Virus record (IMG/VR): IMGVR_UViG_3300025732_000016
Reading direction: 5' to 3' (one strand)
Origin: a virus
Taxonomy: Duplodnaviria; Caudoviricetes
DNA length: 64,000 nucleotides
Part shown: positions 36,898 to 45,118 of the stretch, piece after piece
Numbering within the stretch: the first letter of the stretch is position 1
Layout of the letters: every line of letters begins with the position of its first letter
Notes under the pieces: model-generated
The model's database searches: none
Seen by the model: the letters and a program-made list of their open reading frames with translations, nothing else
What the model was told of the DNA's origin: nothing
Made by a program: the position numbers and the translations under genes

Positions 36898-37452
36898 TCA
36901 TGCTGTCTTGAGTTGTAGCTGTCTGCGCTCGGAGGCAGACTCTGGAAAGAGCTGCCTTTCCAGCTCCCTACGTTCTCTAGCCTTCTCTCGTTTATTGCTG
37001 GGCCGCATGATCTCGGTGCAGAAGAGCTCGGTGAGCTCGGGGACCTCCGCACCACTCTCAATGGCTCTTTGGAGCTGAGGTGACTTCCTGATTGCAACTG
37101 CTACTCTCCGTACTGATTTCTTAACGCTGTGTTGATCGCTCGTGGTCATGTTGCTTCCAAGGCCGTTCTTATTGAGCTGGAAGACTCCCCTTGAGTTTCC
37201 ACTGTCCCCGACAGCCTTTGGATTGAATCTGCTCTCTGCGTAAGCATTCAGCAGGGCAGCCTTGATTAGTGGGGAATCGAACCCCTCATCTCTCATCACC
37301 TGCTCAATTTCGCAGGCCACTTCTCTATTTTCTATCTCGGTCGAAATGTCCTCACAGACCAGACCTTTCCTGTAGTGTTGCTCAACCTCGGGCTCAGGAC
37401 CTATGGGGGTCGTAAGGAGCAGGAGGAGAGCGAAATGCAGGTGCAGCATCAT
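36898..37452 (-). CDS. Lysozyme/lytic-transglycosylase-like protein with signal peptide
   Basis: Hydrophobic N-terminus 'FALLLLLT', then 'NAYAESRFNP.A.GD.G.SRGVFQL' (catalytic ES plus G..Q motif). Confidence 0.72.
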   Translation of the reverse strand: MMLHLHFALLLLLTTPIGPEPEVEQHYRKGLVCEDISTEIENREVACEIEQVMRDEGFDSPLIKAALLNAYAESRFNPKAVGDSGNSRGVFQLNKNGLGSNMTTSDQHSVKKSVRRVAVAIRKSPQLQRAIESGAEVPELTELFCTEIMRPSNKREKARERRELERQLFPESASERRQLQLKTA

Positions 37453-37515
37453 TCTCCGTTGTGGTTATTCGATCAAAGTGGGCTTGGACCACAGATCGAA
37501 AAGATAGGTATACTC

Positions 37516-37821
37516 TCACTCGTCGTTATCTATGGGCGTGAGGTTGACATAGCGCTCGATGATGTACCACTTCACTCGACTCTGTCTCTTCTCGTAAGAT
37601 GCTCGCTCAGTGCTGGCGTTTTGCGATTTCCTGAGCAATTTTCGAAACTTTCTTTTTGCCTTTCGAGCATCAGCTGGGTCAAGCTGACTGAGACAAGAGT
37701 CAAGGCTTCCTTGAGAATTTCTTGGATAGTGGGAAGGAGGAACAAGGCCAAGATCGACATACGCCATGTCTGTCAATAGCTGCTGCATCTCCCAATGAAA
37801 GTAAGCTTTTGATGCTCTCAT
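37516..37821 (-). CDS. Hypothetical protein
   Basis: Basic helical ORF, 'ARKAKRKFRKL'. Confidence 0.55.
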   Translation of the reverse strand: MRASKAYFHWEMQQLLTDMAYVDLGLVPPSHYPRNSQGSLDSCLSQLDPADARKAKRKFRKLLRKSQNASTERASYEKRQSRVKWYIIERYVNLTPIDNDE

Positions 37822-38074
37822 CTTTCCTTGTAGGTTACTCAGGATTGTGGACCTCTCTCCCTTTCACCTGGTACAACCACCCGGTCACCAGCACCAGTCC
37901 AGGGCGCAACTCGCCGCAGAGAAACGACGTTGATAGCGTTATCTGGTCAGCTATCAAAAACCCAAAGCCCTCAAGTAGGCTTCCTCTGCAGGCACCAGCA
38001 TTGGCGCCTGAATAAGGTTACTATGGCAGTGTGAAGTTTACACTGAACGTGATAGTTACTTCAGAGGAGTCACA

Positions 38075-38485
38075 ATGTCTTCAAACTGGCCGAAGCCAAC
38101 TCACAACTACGTTCCCGAGTACCAGCAGTCGGGCATCCCATACGTCACAAGCTCTGCAGCGAACGAGGTTGGAGCGACGGCCATCCAAGTCTCGTTCCCC
38201 TACGTGACAAGGTGGGTGCAGGTCTTCAACACCGATGGAGTTGCAGGTGACACAATGAGAGTGGGCTTCACGCAAAATGGTGTGAACTCGATTGAATCTG
38301 CAAATTACTTCATCCTGAGCGGTAGCCAGTCCACCGACAGGCTGGAGCTCAAGTGCACGGGACTGTGGTTCCTGAAGCACGGTGCAAACCCGGCGAGCTT
38401 CAGCGTCGTAGCAGGCCTCACGAACGTTCCTGCAGCGGGCTTCCCGATCCTCTCAGGCTCCAACGAGGTCGCCGGAGTCGGTTAA
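38075..38485 (+). CDS. Hypothetical beta-rich protein (possibly virion)
   Basis: 'VPEYQQSGIPYVTSS', 'FPYVTRW', 'N.F.LSGS'. GAGGAG SD and ATAGTTA upstream. Confidence 0.65.
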   Translation: MSSNWPKPTHNYVPEYQQSGIPYVTSSAANEVGATAIQVSFPYVTRWVQVFNTDGVAGDTMRVGFTQNGVNSIESANYFILSGSQSTDRLELKCTGLWFLKHGANPASFSVVAGLTNVPAAGFPILSGSNEVAGVG

Positions 38486-38490
38486 AACAG

Positions 38491-38520
38491 CGCTCCCGGG
38501 GACATTCAACCCCGGGAGCG
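38491..38520. terminator. Hairpin between convergent genes
   Basis: CGCTCCCGGGG / CCCCGGGAGCG perfect 11-bp stem. Confidence 0.7.
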
Positions 38521-38535
38521 ACAGGTGTTTGGTGA

Positions 38536-38787
38536 TTAGGGCTTTGCGGGCTCAGCCGCAGGTGCCGCCTCAGCGGCAGGAGCAGCCTCACTGGTGGCCG
38601 GAGCAGCAGCTTCCGCCGCGGGAGCTGCCGGAGCAGCCTCAGCGGGTGCGCCAGCGGGTGCCTCCTCAGCAGCTGGTGCCTCGACCTTCTCTTCTCCGCC
38701 AAAAAGTCCGGTGGAGAGCGCAGTGAGACCAGCAATGATGGCAGCGAGGATCGCCGCAATGACCTTGTTGTTCTTGATGAGTTCCAT
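38536..38787 (-). CDS. Membrane-anchored Ala/Pro/Glu-rich small protein
   Basis: TM segment 'VIAAILAAIIAGLTALSTGLF' followed by EAPAA repeats. ATG at 38787. Confidence 0.7.
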   Translation of the reverse strand: MELIKNNKVIAAILAAIIAGLTALSTGLFGGEEKVEAPAAEEAPAGAPAEAAPAAPAAEAAAPATSEAAPAAEAAPAAEPAKP

Positions 38788-38800
38788 TGTGTCCTCTTGG

Positions 38801-38914
38801 TTACTCCGCCGCCGAGTCAGCGGCAGAATCAGTACCGCTCGAGTCTTCGTCGCTACCGGTGCAGCCACCGAGGAAGAGAAGACCGAGAGCGAAAATTGCA
38901 GTGATGAACTTCAT
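38801..38914 (-). CDS. 37-aa acidic lipoprotein (not in the ORF track)
   Basis: MKFITAIFALGLLFLGGC-TGSDEDSSGTDSAADSAAE. Lipobox LGGC, GGAG SD. Confidence 0.72.
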   Translation of the reverse strand: MKFITAIFALGLLFLGGCTGSDEDSSGTDSAADSAAE

Positions 38915-39012
38915 TTGATGCTCCATTCCCTTGATTGGGTAATCAGATTCTATACCTCACAATCGAGTGTACAGAACGCTCAGTAACTATAGCTTGGCGT
39001 GAGTTTGTGTAA

Positions 39013-40902
39013 TCAACGCAGAGTGTAATCGCTGCAGAACTTTCTCTCATGAGAAGTAAGATTATGTTCACTGCGGATTGGAAGAGAGTCTGCAGACTCC
39101 ATGAGAGTCTTTGAGACTCTTGAAGCAGATTCATCGTTGTTGTCCCATACGTCCTCGAAGAGTCTATCGACTACCTTGCGACGCGAGTTGAGAAAGTGCT
39201 CAACTAATTCACGGTTAGGTGAAACCTTTAAGCTCACCCCGATTCTCTCTTCAGTCTGAGCTCTCGATAGGGTTAGGGCCATAACTGCAAGTTCAGCCCC
39301 GATGTCGACCAACCTACCGAGTATGAGCTGTCGCATCTCAAGCTTTGGTCCTCTCAGAAGCATCTGGTGAAACAAAGTTAGGGCGAGCTTTCTTGTTTTT
39401 GATTCTATCCAGTTGAGGTGTGCAACAAAAGAGTCATCGAACTCAAGAAATTTATCTGTTATTGGACCGAACAAGTTTCCGATGTACCACTTCGGATAGA
39501 TGAGCGCGCACTTTCCGACCACCTTGAGCTTGTCCCAAAGAGTGGCTCCCTTCTTGAAAAGACCACCGGCATTCTTCAGGTGACCGTCAAGGGCCTCGCG
39601 GGCAATGAAGAGGTGCATGATGTCCGTGGTCCCTTCGACAATACGGTTGATTCGAGTGTCACGAAGTGCTCTCTCTATCGGAAATCCGACCTCGCCTCTT
39701 CCCTCAACCGACTTTTCTGTTTCAAATCCGCGACCACCTCTCAACTGGAGAGCGGTGTCAACCACCTCCCAACTCCTCTCGCTGTTCCACATCTTGGCGG
39801 TGGCAGCTTCCATACGGATGTCCACATCATGCTTGTCACTGAGGGCTGCGCCGTAAAGTGCTAGCGTCTCCATCGCATACGTGAGCCCTGCAATGTCTGC
39901 CAACTTCTGCGCACCTGCCTCGTGTTCACCCACCGCCTTACCCCACTGAGTCCGACTCTTGGCCCATGAGGCAGAGAAGTCTCGGATGTCCTTGGAGACG
40001 AAGGCTGCCACAGCGGGAATTCCCAGACGACCGTCATTGAGAGTGGTGAGAGCCAGCTTGAGACCCTTGCCCTCACCGAGGATGACATTGTCACCGGGAA
40101 CCTTGACATTCCTGAAACGGATGAGACCGTTCTCGATGGCACGGATACCGAGGAAACGACAGCGGTGAACGACCTCCAAGCCCTCTGAGCGTCCCTCGAC
40201 CACGAATGCCGTGATTCCCTTCCTTCCATCCTCCGAGGTGGTGCGCGCCATGACGACGTAGAGGTCTGCAAGGGTTCCGTTGGTACACCAGAGCTTCTCA
40301 CCATTGAGGACCCATGAACCATCAGGCTGCTTCACGGCCTCAGTAACCATGCTGGCTGGATCAGATCCAGCACCGGGCTCAGTGAGAGCGAATGCCGATA
40401 GCTCACCCTTGGCGATTCGAGGAAGCCACTTCTGCTTCTGTTCCTCGGTGCCAAAGAGCTTCAGTGGCTGTGGAACGCCGATGGACTGGTGTGCTGAAAG
40501 CGTCGCTGCGGTGGAACCGCAGTACTTTGCTACTGTGCCAAGTATCCGCACGTAGTTTGTCTGCGACATTCCAAGGCCACCGTACTTCTTGTCAATCTTG
40601 ATGCCAAAGAGACCGAGATCTGCGAGTCCGCGCCACACATGTGGAGGAATCTCCTGGTTCTTGTCAATGAGGTCTCCGTCAAGATTGCCTTGTGCCCATG
40701 CTTCAAACTTCTCGATCACTGAGTCTCCCTCCTTCCTGTCCTCCTCACTCTGCAGTGGGAACGGGAAAGCAAGGCCCATATCAAGTTCACCCATGAACAT
40801 GGATCCCATGAATGACTTGGACTTCCAGTCGAGCTCACGGCTCTCTTCTGCGACCTGGATCGACTTTGCCTCTTCCTGTGTGCGATTCTTGTTCTCTATC
40901 AT
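39013..40902 (-). CDS. Acyl-CoA dehydrogenase (long, VLCAD/ACAD9-like)
   Basis: 'LGLFG..I...YGG', 'AHQSIG', 'AFALTEPGAGSD', 'NGEKLWCTNG', 'L..GRLGI', 'QLRGGRG', 'RINRIVEGT'. Confidence 0.93.
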   Translation of the reverse strand: MIENKNRTQEEAKSIQVAEESRELDWKSKSFMGSMFMGELDMGLAFPFPLQSEEDRKEGDSVIEKFEAWAQGNLDGDLIDKNQEIPPHVWRGLADLGLFGIKIDKKYGGLGMSQTNYVRILGTVAKYCGSTAATLSAHQSIGVPQPLKLFGTEEQKQKWLPRIAKGELSAFALTEPGAGSDPASMVTEAVKQPDGSWVLNGEKLWCTNGTLADLYVVMARTTSEDGRKGITAFVVEGRSEGLEVVHRCRFLGIRAIENGLIRFRNVKVPGDNVILGEGKGLKLALTTLNDGRLGIPAVAAFVSKDIRDFSASWAKSRTQWGKAVGEHEAGAQKLADIAGLTYAMETLALYGAALSDKHDVDIRMEAATAKMWNSERSWEVVDTALQLRGGRGFETEKSVEGRGEVGFPIERALRDTRINRIVEGTTDIMHLFIAREALDGHLKNAGGLFKKGATLWDKLKVVGKCALIYPKWYIGNLFGPITDKFLEFDDSFVAHLNWIESKTRKLALTLFHQMLLRGPKLEMRQLILGRLVDIGAELAVMALTLSRAQTEERIGVSLKVSPNRELVEHFLNSRRKVVDRLFEDVWDNNDESASRVSKTLMESADSLPIRSEHNLTSHERKFCSDYTLR

Positions 40903-40949
40903 GTGACTCCTCAATGAAAGGATAACAAAGAATCAACGATGTATCAAAG

Positions 40950-41316
40950 TGGTGGACCCGAGGGGAGTCGAACCCCTGTCCGAAGCATTATCATCCTTCC
41001 GAGATACGTGGCCTGCCGGAAGCTCACCGGCGAGTGTCGGAACCTTTGGTCCCCGTCACGGTGTCCTGTCTATCTTCGTTCCCCGACCGTCCACCGATCC
41101 GTCGGTTCACTGCGGGTCTGAAACTCACCCGGAAGGATTCGACCATTCTCCTTCCGAACGCCACGGGGTCTAGATGCCCCGGGACTTCAATCAGGCCGCG
41201 AGGGCCTCGCTGAAGTGGTCAGTGTTGTTGGCACTTACTTGCTTGGTCCGATGCGGGAGACCACCCCTGCCACGCCCTTCAGGAATCCGACACCCCGTCG
41301 AAGCCAGTACGGGCCC
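40950..41316 (-). ncRNA. ssrA: tmRNA; tag peptide ANNTDHFSEALAA (41191..41232)
   Basis: 5' GGGCCCG pairs with 3' CGGGUCC-A-CCA, including the G3:U70 Ala determinant. T-arm GGGG-TTCGACT-CCCC. Internal reading frame ends in ALAA*. Confidence 0.95.
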
Positions 41317-41421
41317 ATGAAATGATTGCGGCTTTGACCCAGAGCCGCGAACTGGCCGACCTACGATTCGAGCAGGATTGCTGTCAGGATACCTGCGGTT
41401 ACGATCCCTGATCAGGGGCGA

Positions 41422-41709
41422 TTAGGCCGGAGGAGTCTCGGCAGTGTCTCCGCCCGTGTCCTCGGTCCCGGTGTCGCTGGTGCCCGTGTCCGAGCCAGTG
41501 TCGACCGGGTCGGTGGCAGTGTCACCGGTGTCAGCCCCCGTGTCAACGGGGTCGATTGCAGTGTCAGCGGTATCAGCGGTGTCGCCGGTATCGACCGGAG
41601 TTCCCGTGTCGTCGCCGCACTCGACAGCGGTGTCCTCCTTCACCTCCTCATCAGTAGAGCATGCGAAGAGGAGGAAGGGGAGAGTGAGGAACAGAACTAC
41701 GAAACGCAT
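41422..41709 (-). CDS. Lipoprotein with Asp-Thr-Gly (DTG) repeats
   Basis: Signal 'MRFVVLFLTLPFLLFAC' (lipobox), then 'DTGDTADT/PVDTG' repeats. Confidence 0.8.
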   Translation of the reverse strand: MRFVVLFLTLPFLLFACSTDEEVKEDTAVECGDDTGTPVDTGDTADTADTAIDPVDTGADTGDTATDPVDTGSDTGTSDTGTEDTGGDTAETPPA

Positions 41710-41746
41710 TATTTTCTCCTTGTGTTGGAAAGGCTAAGTATGGGGA

Positions 41747-41833
41747 CGGAGACGGCAGGATTTGAACCTGCGACCAGCTTTCGCCGGTGATCCCTTAGCA
41801 AGGGATTGGTTTGAGCCGCTCACCCACGTCTCC
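41747..41833 (-). tRNA. tRNA-Ser(GCT), no encoded CCA
   Basis: Acceptor GGAGACG/CGTCTCC; anticodon arm ATCCC-TTGCTAA-GGGAT; long variable arm. Confidence 0.92.
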
Positions 41834-41841
41834 AAAGTAAA

Positions 41842-41930
41842 TGGCGGAAGGAGTGAGATTCGAACTCACGGTGGTGTTTACCCACGGCGGTTTTCAAGAC
41901 CGCTGCCTTAAACCACTCGGCCATCCTTCC
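41842..41930 (-). tRNA. tRNA-Ser(TGA)
   Basis: GCGGT-CTTGAAA-ACCGC; long variable arm; CCA end. Confidence 0.95.
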
Positions 41931-41934
41931 ATAA

Positions 41935-42009
41935 TGGAGCCCGAAGTCGGGATTGAACCGACGACCTGCTGCTTACAAGGCAGCTGCTCTACCACTGAGC
42001 TATTCGGGC
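41935..42009 (-). tRNA. tRNA-Thr(TGT)
   Basis: GCTGC-CTTGTAA-GCAGC; CCA end. Confidence 0.95.
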
Positions 42010-42034
42010 ATTGGTTCCTGTTAGGAACATTGTT

Positions 42035-42063
42035 AATGTAGTCACACCGTCAAAGGTGTACAC
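42035..42063 (-). promoter_or_regulatory. Sigma70-like promoter for the Thr-Ser-Ser tRNA run
   Basis: GTGTAC-N17-TACATT. Confidence 0.5.
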
Positions 42064-42082
42064 ATTGCTCTCAACTTCTTTC

Positions 42083-42205
42083 GGTTCACCAGTTGCTCTC
42101 TGTTGAACCCGGGTCCATGGTAAGGTATATCCTAATCACCTAAACCCGAGTAACACAGAGTATCACAGGGTTCAACGGGTGTCATCGTGGTTTCGGTGTG
42201 GAACC
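42083..42205 (-). ncRNA. Candidate structured ncRNA (family unassigned)
   Basis: Nested helices GGTTC(C)AC/GTGAACC, GTTGAACCC/GGGTTCAAC, GTGATAC/GTGTTAC and GGGTTTA/TGGACCC. The G-U pairs favour the minus strand. Confidence 0.45.
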
Positions 42206-42206
42206 T

Positions 42207-43301
42207 TCAAGCCAACCTCACAAGTCTGACCCAGTTTGCGTTGATCGCACCGAGTCCGATGACTTCCTTCTCCTGTGCGAAGAAGTTAACCTCTTCCATC
42301 TCAACGTCGTACAGGCCCTCGGCATCGAGAAACTTCCCAGAGTTCTCTCCTGAGCTCGCTGCAAAGATGACCGAGTATGTGTTGCTTTCCCACTGGCTAC
42401 GACGACCCAATGAGAAACCGTCAGCGACCTCAATGTCAGATGACCAAGAGGAAGAGAACCTGTCACCCGTGGGTGTGATCTCGAAATTGCCCCGCAGCTC
42501 CTGCTTCCCGCCGTCTGGGTCCAGCTCAGTGATGTCCACTCCCATCCTCTCGAGCTCATCTAGCGTGAGGGACATCCCGCGGAAGTATGTTCCGGGCGGA
42601 GCTTCCCTGAAGACGTCCGTGTAGAGTCCATCCCTGATGAATCCCATGATAAGGTTGGCCTGCTGCCTTGTGAGCGGCCTGTTCCCCTCAAAGTGGTTGA
42701 TGATGGACCGGAGGAGGGCAGACTCAACAGGCGTGTTCCTCTCCATCGGAGGACGCTTCTTGGCAGCCTGGCGCTGGGGTGAGAATGCGTACTTCCCAAG
42801 GGGCGAGCCAATGGGAGCCGTGGGCTCATAGGAGGCGGCATACTCAGCCTCCTCTCGCTCTGCCCCATCCAGCTCGGCAATCCGGCTCATCCTGAGAATC
42901 TCCTTCGACTGGCGCCTCATCTCCTTTCCGATTCTCTCGATGGCTCGTGAGACCCTGAGGTCCCTCCTGTCATCGTTATCCACGAACTTGACGAGCTGCC
43001 TGTAGACACCATCGAGGAACTTTCCACCAGGGTCGAATCCCATGACGCTCTCGAAGGGGATGTCGGGAGACTCTTCCCTGCCGTACTCATACGTGAACCC
43101 GGGAATTGCCTTCTGGAAGATCTCGACGTACTCTCCGTATGTCGGCCACCTCCCACTGATGTCCTTGAAGTCGCTTCGCAAGAAGTATCGCCAGAATTCG
43201 AAGACACCGTGGATGGAGTCTCCACCTGGGTGCTGGGACTTCGCTTCGGCGAGGAGGGTCTCGCGGATGAGATGTCGAAGCGTAGACTCAGTGATTCGCA
43301 T
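42207..43301 (-). CDS. Putative ADP-ribosyltransferase (R-S-E clade) with MRITES leader
   Basis: C-terminal 'TYFRGM' (R), 'FSSSWS' (S-x-S), 'QEKEV' (E-x-E). Confidence 0.55.
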   Translation of the reverse strand: MRITESTLRHLIRETLLAEAKSQHPGGDSIHGVFEFWRYFLRSDFKDISGRWPTYGEYVEIFQKAIPGFTYEYGREESPDIPFESVMGFDPGGKFLDGVYRQLVKFVDNDDRRDLRVSRAIERIGKEMRRQSKEILRMSRIAELDGAEREEAEYAASYEPTAPIGSPLGKYAFSPQRQAAKKRPPMERNTPVESALLRSIINHFEGNRPLTRQQANLIMGFIRDGLYTDVFREAPPGTYFRGMSLTLDELERMGVDITELDPDGGKQELRGNFEITPTGDRFSSSWSSDIEVADGFSLGRRSQWESNTYSVIFAASSGENSGKFLDAEGLYDVEMEEVNFFAQEKEVIGLGAINANWVRLVRLA

Positions 43302-43305
43302 GATA

Positions 43306-43905
43306 CTAACTATTCGGCCTCACGCCACTTCGCAGGACAATCTCGCAGATGTGGTCGAGCCTCTCGATGTGCTCGTACGCCGACCATGGGTCACCCGCCA
43401 CCGAGCACACCCCGTGGTTCGCCTGACCCACGACATCGAAGGCGAGCTTCCCGTTCCCGTCCAACATCGCGGAGGCAGTCGCACGTGCCAACTCAGGTGA
43501 TGTGGCAGGCAGGACCGGGACTGTCGGGCCCACCCTCGTGTACCGGCTCACCTCAGGGAACTCACTTGCGATCCTCTGCAGGTCCCAGCCTGCGTAGACA
43601 GCAGCGACAATGTGGGTCGGATGGACATGGACGACTGCACGGGTGGAGCTGTTACCCAGCTGGAGGAGACGGTGCATCTCCAGTTCACCGGATGGGCTTG
43701 AGTCCTTCGGCACGTCAAGCGTCCCGTCGAAGCCGAACCTCACCTTGACGACGTGTTCAGGATGGATGATGGTCTTACGCCAGCCGGAGGGTGTGATGTA
43801 GAGTGTCTGAGAACCTCTCTTTCGCAGCGAGATGTTACCGTCCCTCGTAGTTATCCATCCCTTGTCGTAGCATCTCCTCATCACATCACCGATAGCAGTG
43901 AGCAT
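43306..43905 (-). CDS. Class II aldolase/adducin family protein
   Basis: 'DGNISLR', 'ITPSG', 'SGELEMH', 'VVHVHP', 'NHGV'. Confidence 0.88.
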   Translation of the reverse strand: MLTAIGDVMRRCYDKGWITTRDGNISLRKRGSQTLYITPSGWRKTIIHPEHVVKVRFGFDGTLDVPKDSSPSGELEMHRLLQLGNSSTRAVVHVHPTHIVAAVYAGWDLQRIASEFPEVSRYTRVGPTVPVLPATSPELARATASAMLDGNGKLAFDVVGQANHGVCSVAGDPWSAYEHIERLDHICEIVLRSGVRPNS

Positions 43906-43934
43906 CTTTCCTCCGGGAGGTAAGTATTAAAAGA

Positions 43935-43962
43935 ATATGGCCCGGTAGAAACCGGGCCATAT
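43935..43962 (-). terminator. Intrinsic terminator after tRNA-Glu
   Basis: ATATGGCCCGGT / ACCGGGCCATAT 12-bp stem, followed by TCTTTT on the minus strand. Confidence 0.75.
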
Positions 43963-44036
43963 GGCGATCCCACCGGGAGTTGAACCCGGCTTCCGGGGAT
44001 GAAAACCCCGTGTCCTAACCGATAGACGATGGGATC
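43962..44036 (-). tRNA. tRNA-Glu(TTC)
   Basis: CGGGG-TTTTCAT-CCCCG; CCA end. Confidence 0.93.
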
Positions 44037-44040
44037 AAAG

Positions 44041-44116
44041 TGGTGGGACCAATGGGGATCGAACCCATGACCCTCGGATTAAAAGTCCGGTGCTCTACCT
44101 GCTGAGCTATAGTCCC
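44041..44116 (-). tRNA. tRNA-Lys(TTT)
   Basis: Anticodon loop CTTTTAA; canonical D and T arms; CCA end. Confidence 0.94.
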
Positions 44117-44145
44117 AAATGACCGGCCAAAGTTTGACCTATGAG

Positions 44146-44173
44146 ATTGTAACAAGCTCTCACAGGTTGACAA
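44146..44173 (-). promoter_or_regulatory. Sigma70-like promoter for the Lys-Glu tRNAs
   Basis: TTGTCA-N16-TACAAT with an extended -10 TG. Confidence 0.55.
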
Positions 44174-44184
44174 CTTCTCGGGAA

Positions 44185-45003
44185 CTATTTGATCTTGCAG
44201 GTCACTTTCTTCGCCGAAGCCTGATCGCCGAGGTCAACGGGCCAGAGAGCCTTCGCAGTCGCAGACTTGTCGAGGCCCGCGGGGACCGGGAACGTGATGC
44301 CAGTCACTCCCTCGATGGCAGAGATCGAGACTGCGCTGGGGAGCGGGTCAGAGGGCTGCTTCTCGATCTGCCTGAAGACGAAGGCGAGCGACTCTCCGGT
44401 CGTTCCGTCGATGACGATCTTGTAGAGGGAGTCCGGCACAACGACCTTGCTTTCGCCGATCGTCTTGCTCTTGCCGACCTCGTAGATGTTCCCGGCGTAG
44501 ACTGTGAGATTGTGCTTCCGTCCCCAAGCCCACGCACGGGTGCTCGCCTCGATGCCCTTCCAGACTCCCCGGTTGAGGTTCGGGAGCTGCGGGCTCATGT
44601 TGCTCATGAGGAACGATTCCTGCTCGGCCTGGAGGCTCCAGCTGAGGTCGGCGTCGGGAGTGAGGTGACCCTTGTCGTAGCCCGACTTCGCGTAGTCACC
44701 GGGAGTGGACCTCCCGTCCTTCGGGAGAGACTCGTCTGCGACAAAAGCGTCCTTGCGAGGGACGCATCCAACAGTCTCTTCGGGCGTGACAGTCCACGCG
44801 GTCCAAACGGGGACCTTCGCGGTGTTGTCGTGGAGAGTCGCATAGCCCTCTCTGCAGAGGAGAGTCGTGTTCACTTTCTGGGACTGCGGGACTCCCCAGG
44901 GAAGCTCAGCCGAGCACTGCTCAATCGGCTTGTTGGGCTTCTGGTCCCACGCGAGGGCTACCAGAGGAAGCGCGAGCAGTGCTGCAATTACGAGTCTCTT
45001 CAT
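44185..45003 (-). CDS. DNA/RNA non-specific endonuclease (NucA/Serratia-like), secreted
   Basis: Signal peptide, 'SGYDKGHL.P' (DRGH-like), 'F.MSNMSPQ...LNRG.W..IE', 'VPDSLYKI'. Confidence 0.9.
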   Translation of the reverse strand: MKRLVIAALLALPLVALAWDQKPNKPIEQCSAELPWGVPQSQKVNTTLLCREGYATLHDNTAKVPVWTAWTVTPEETVGCVPRKDAFVADESLPKDGRSTPGDYAKSGYDKGHLTPDADLSWSLQAEQESFLMSNMSPQLPNLNRGVWKGIEASTRAWAWGRKHNLTVYAGNIYEVGKSKTIGESKVVVPDSLYKIVIDGTTGESLAFVFRQIEKQPSDPLPSAVSISAIEGVTGITFPVPAGLDKSATAKALWPVDLGDQASAKKVTCKIK

Positions 45004-45042
45004 GTTCTCTCCGTGTGCTATGTATGCTTCACGAAGAGAAAG

Positions 45043-45117
45043 TGGTTGGGGCGGAAGGATTCGAACCTTCGGATGTGGGAGTCAAAGTCCCATGTCTTAC
45101 CACTTGACGACGCCCCA
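45043..45117 (-). tRNA. tRNA-Gln(TTG)
   Basis: TGGGA-CTTTGAC-TCCCA; CCA end. Confidence 0.94.
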
Positions 45118-45118
45118 G

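Noticed and set aside
37830-38010. Open minus-strand frame (…LRPGLVLVTGWLYQVKGREVHNPE*) and two hairpins
   Set aside because: No convincing start or RBS. The hairpins (CAGGCGCC/GGTGCCTG and TTGATAGC/GCTATCAA) are too short to call an RNA.
41320-41420. Extra ncRNA upstream of the tmRNA
   Set aside because: Only a 9-bp hairpin and a 12-bp palindrome, consistent with a terminator or leader.
42083-42205. Assignment as 6S RNA, SRP RNA or Y RNA
   Set aside because: It lacks the SRP GGAA/AGCAG motif and a tRNA-like T-loop, and the 6S-like words are not in canonical order. Kept only as an unassigned candidate.
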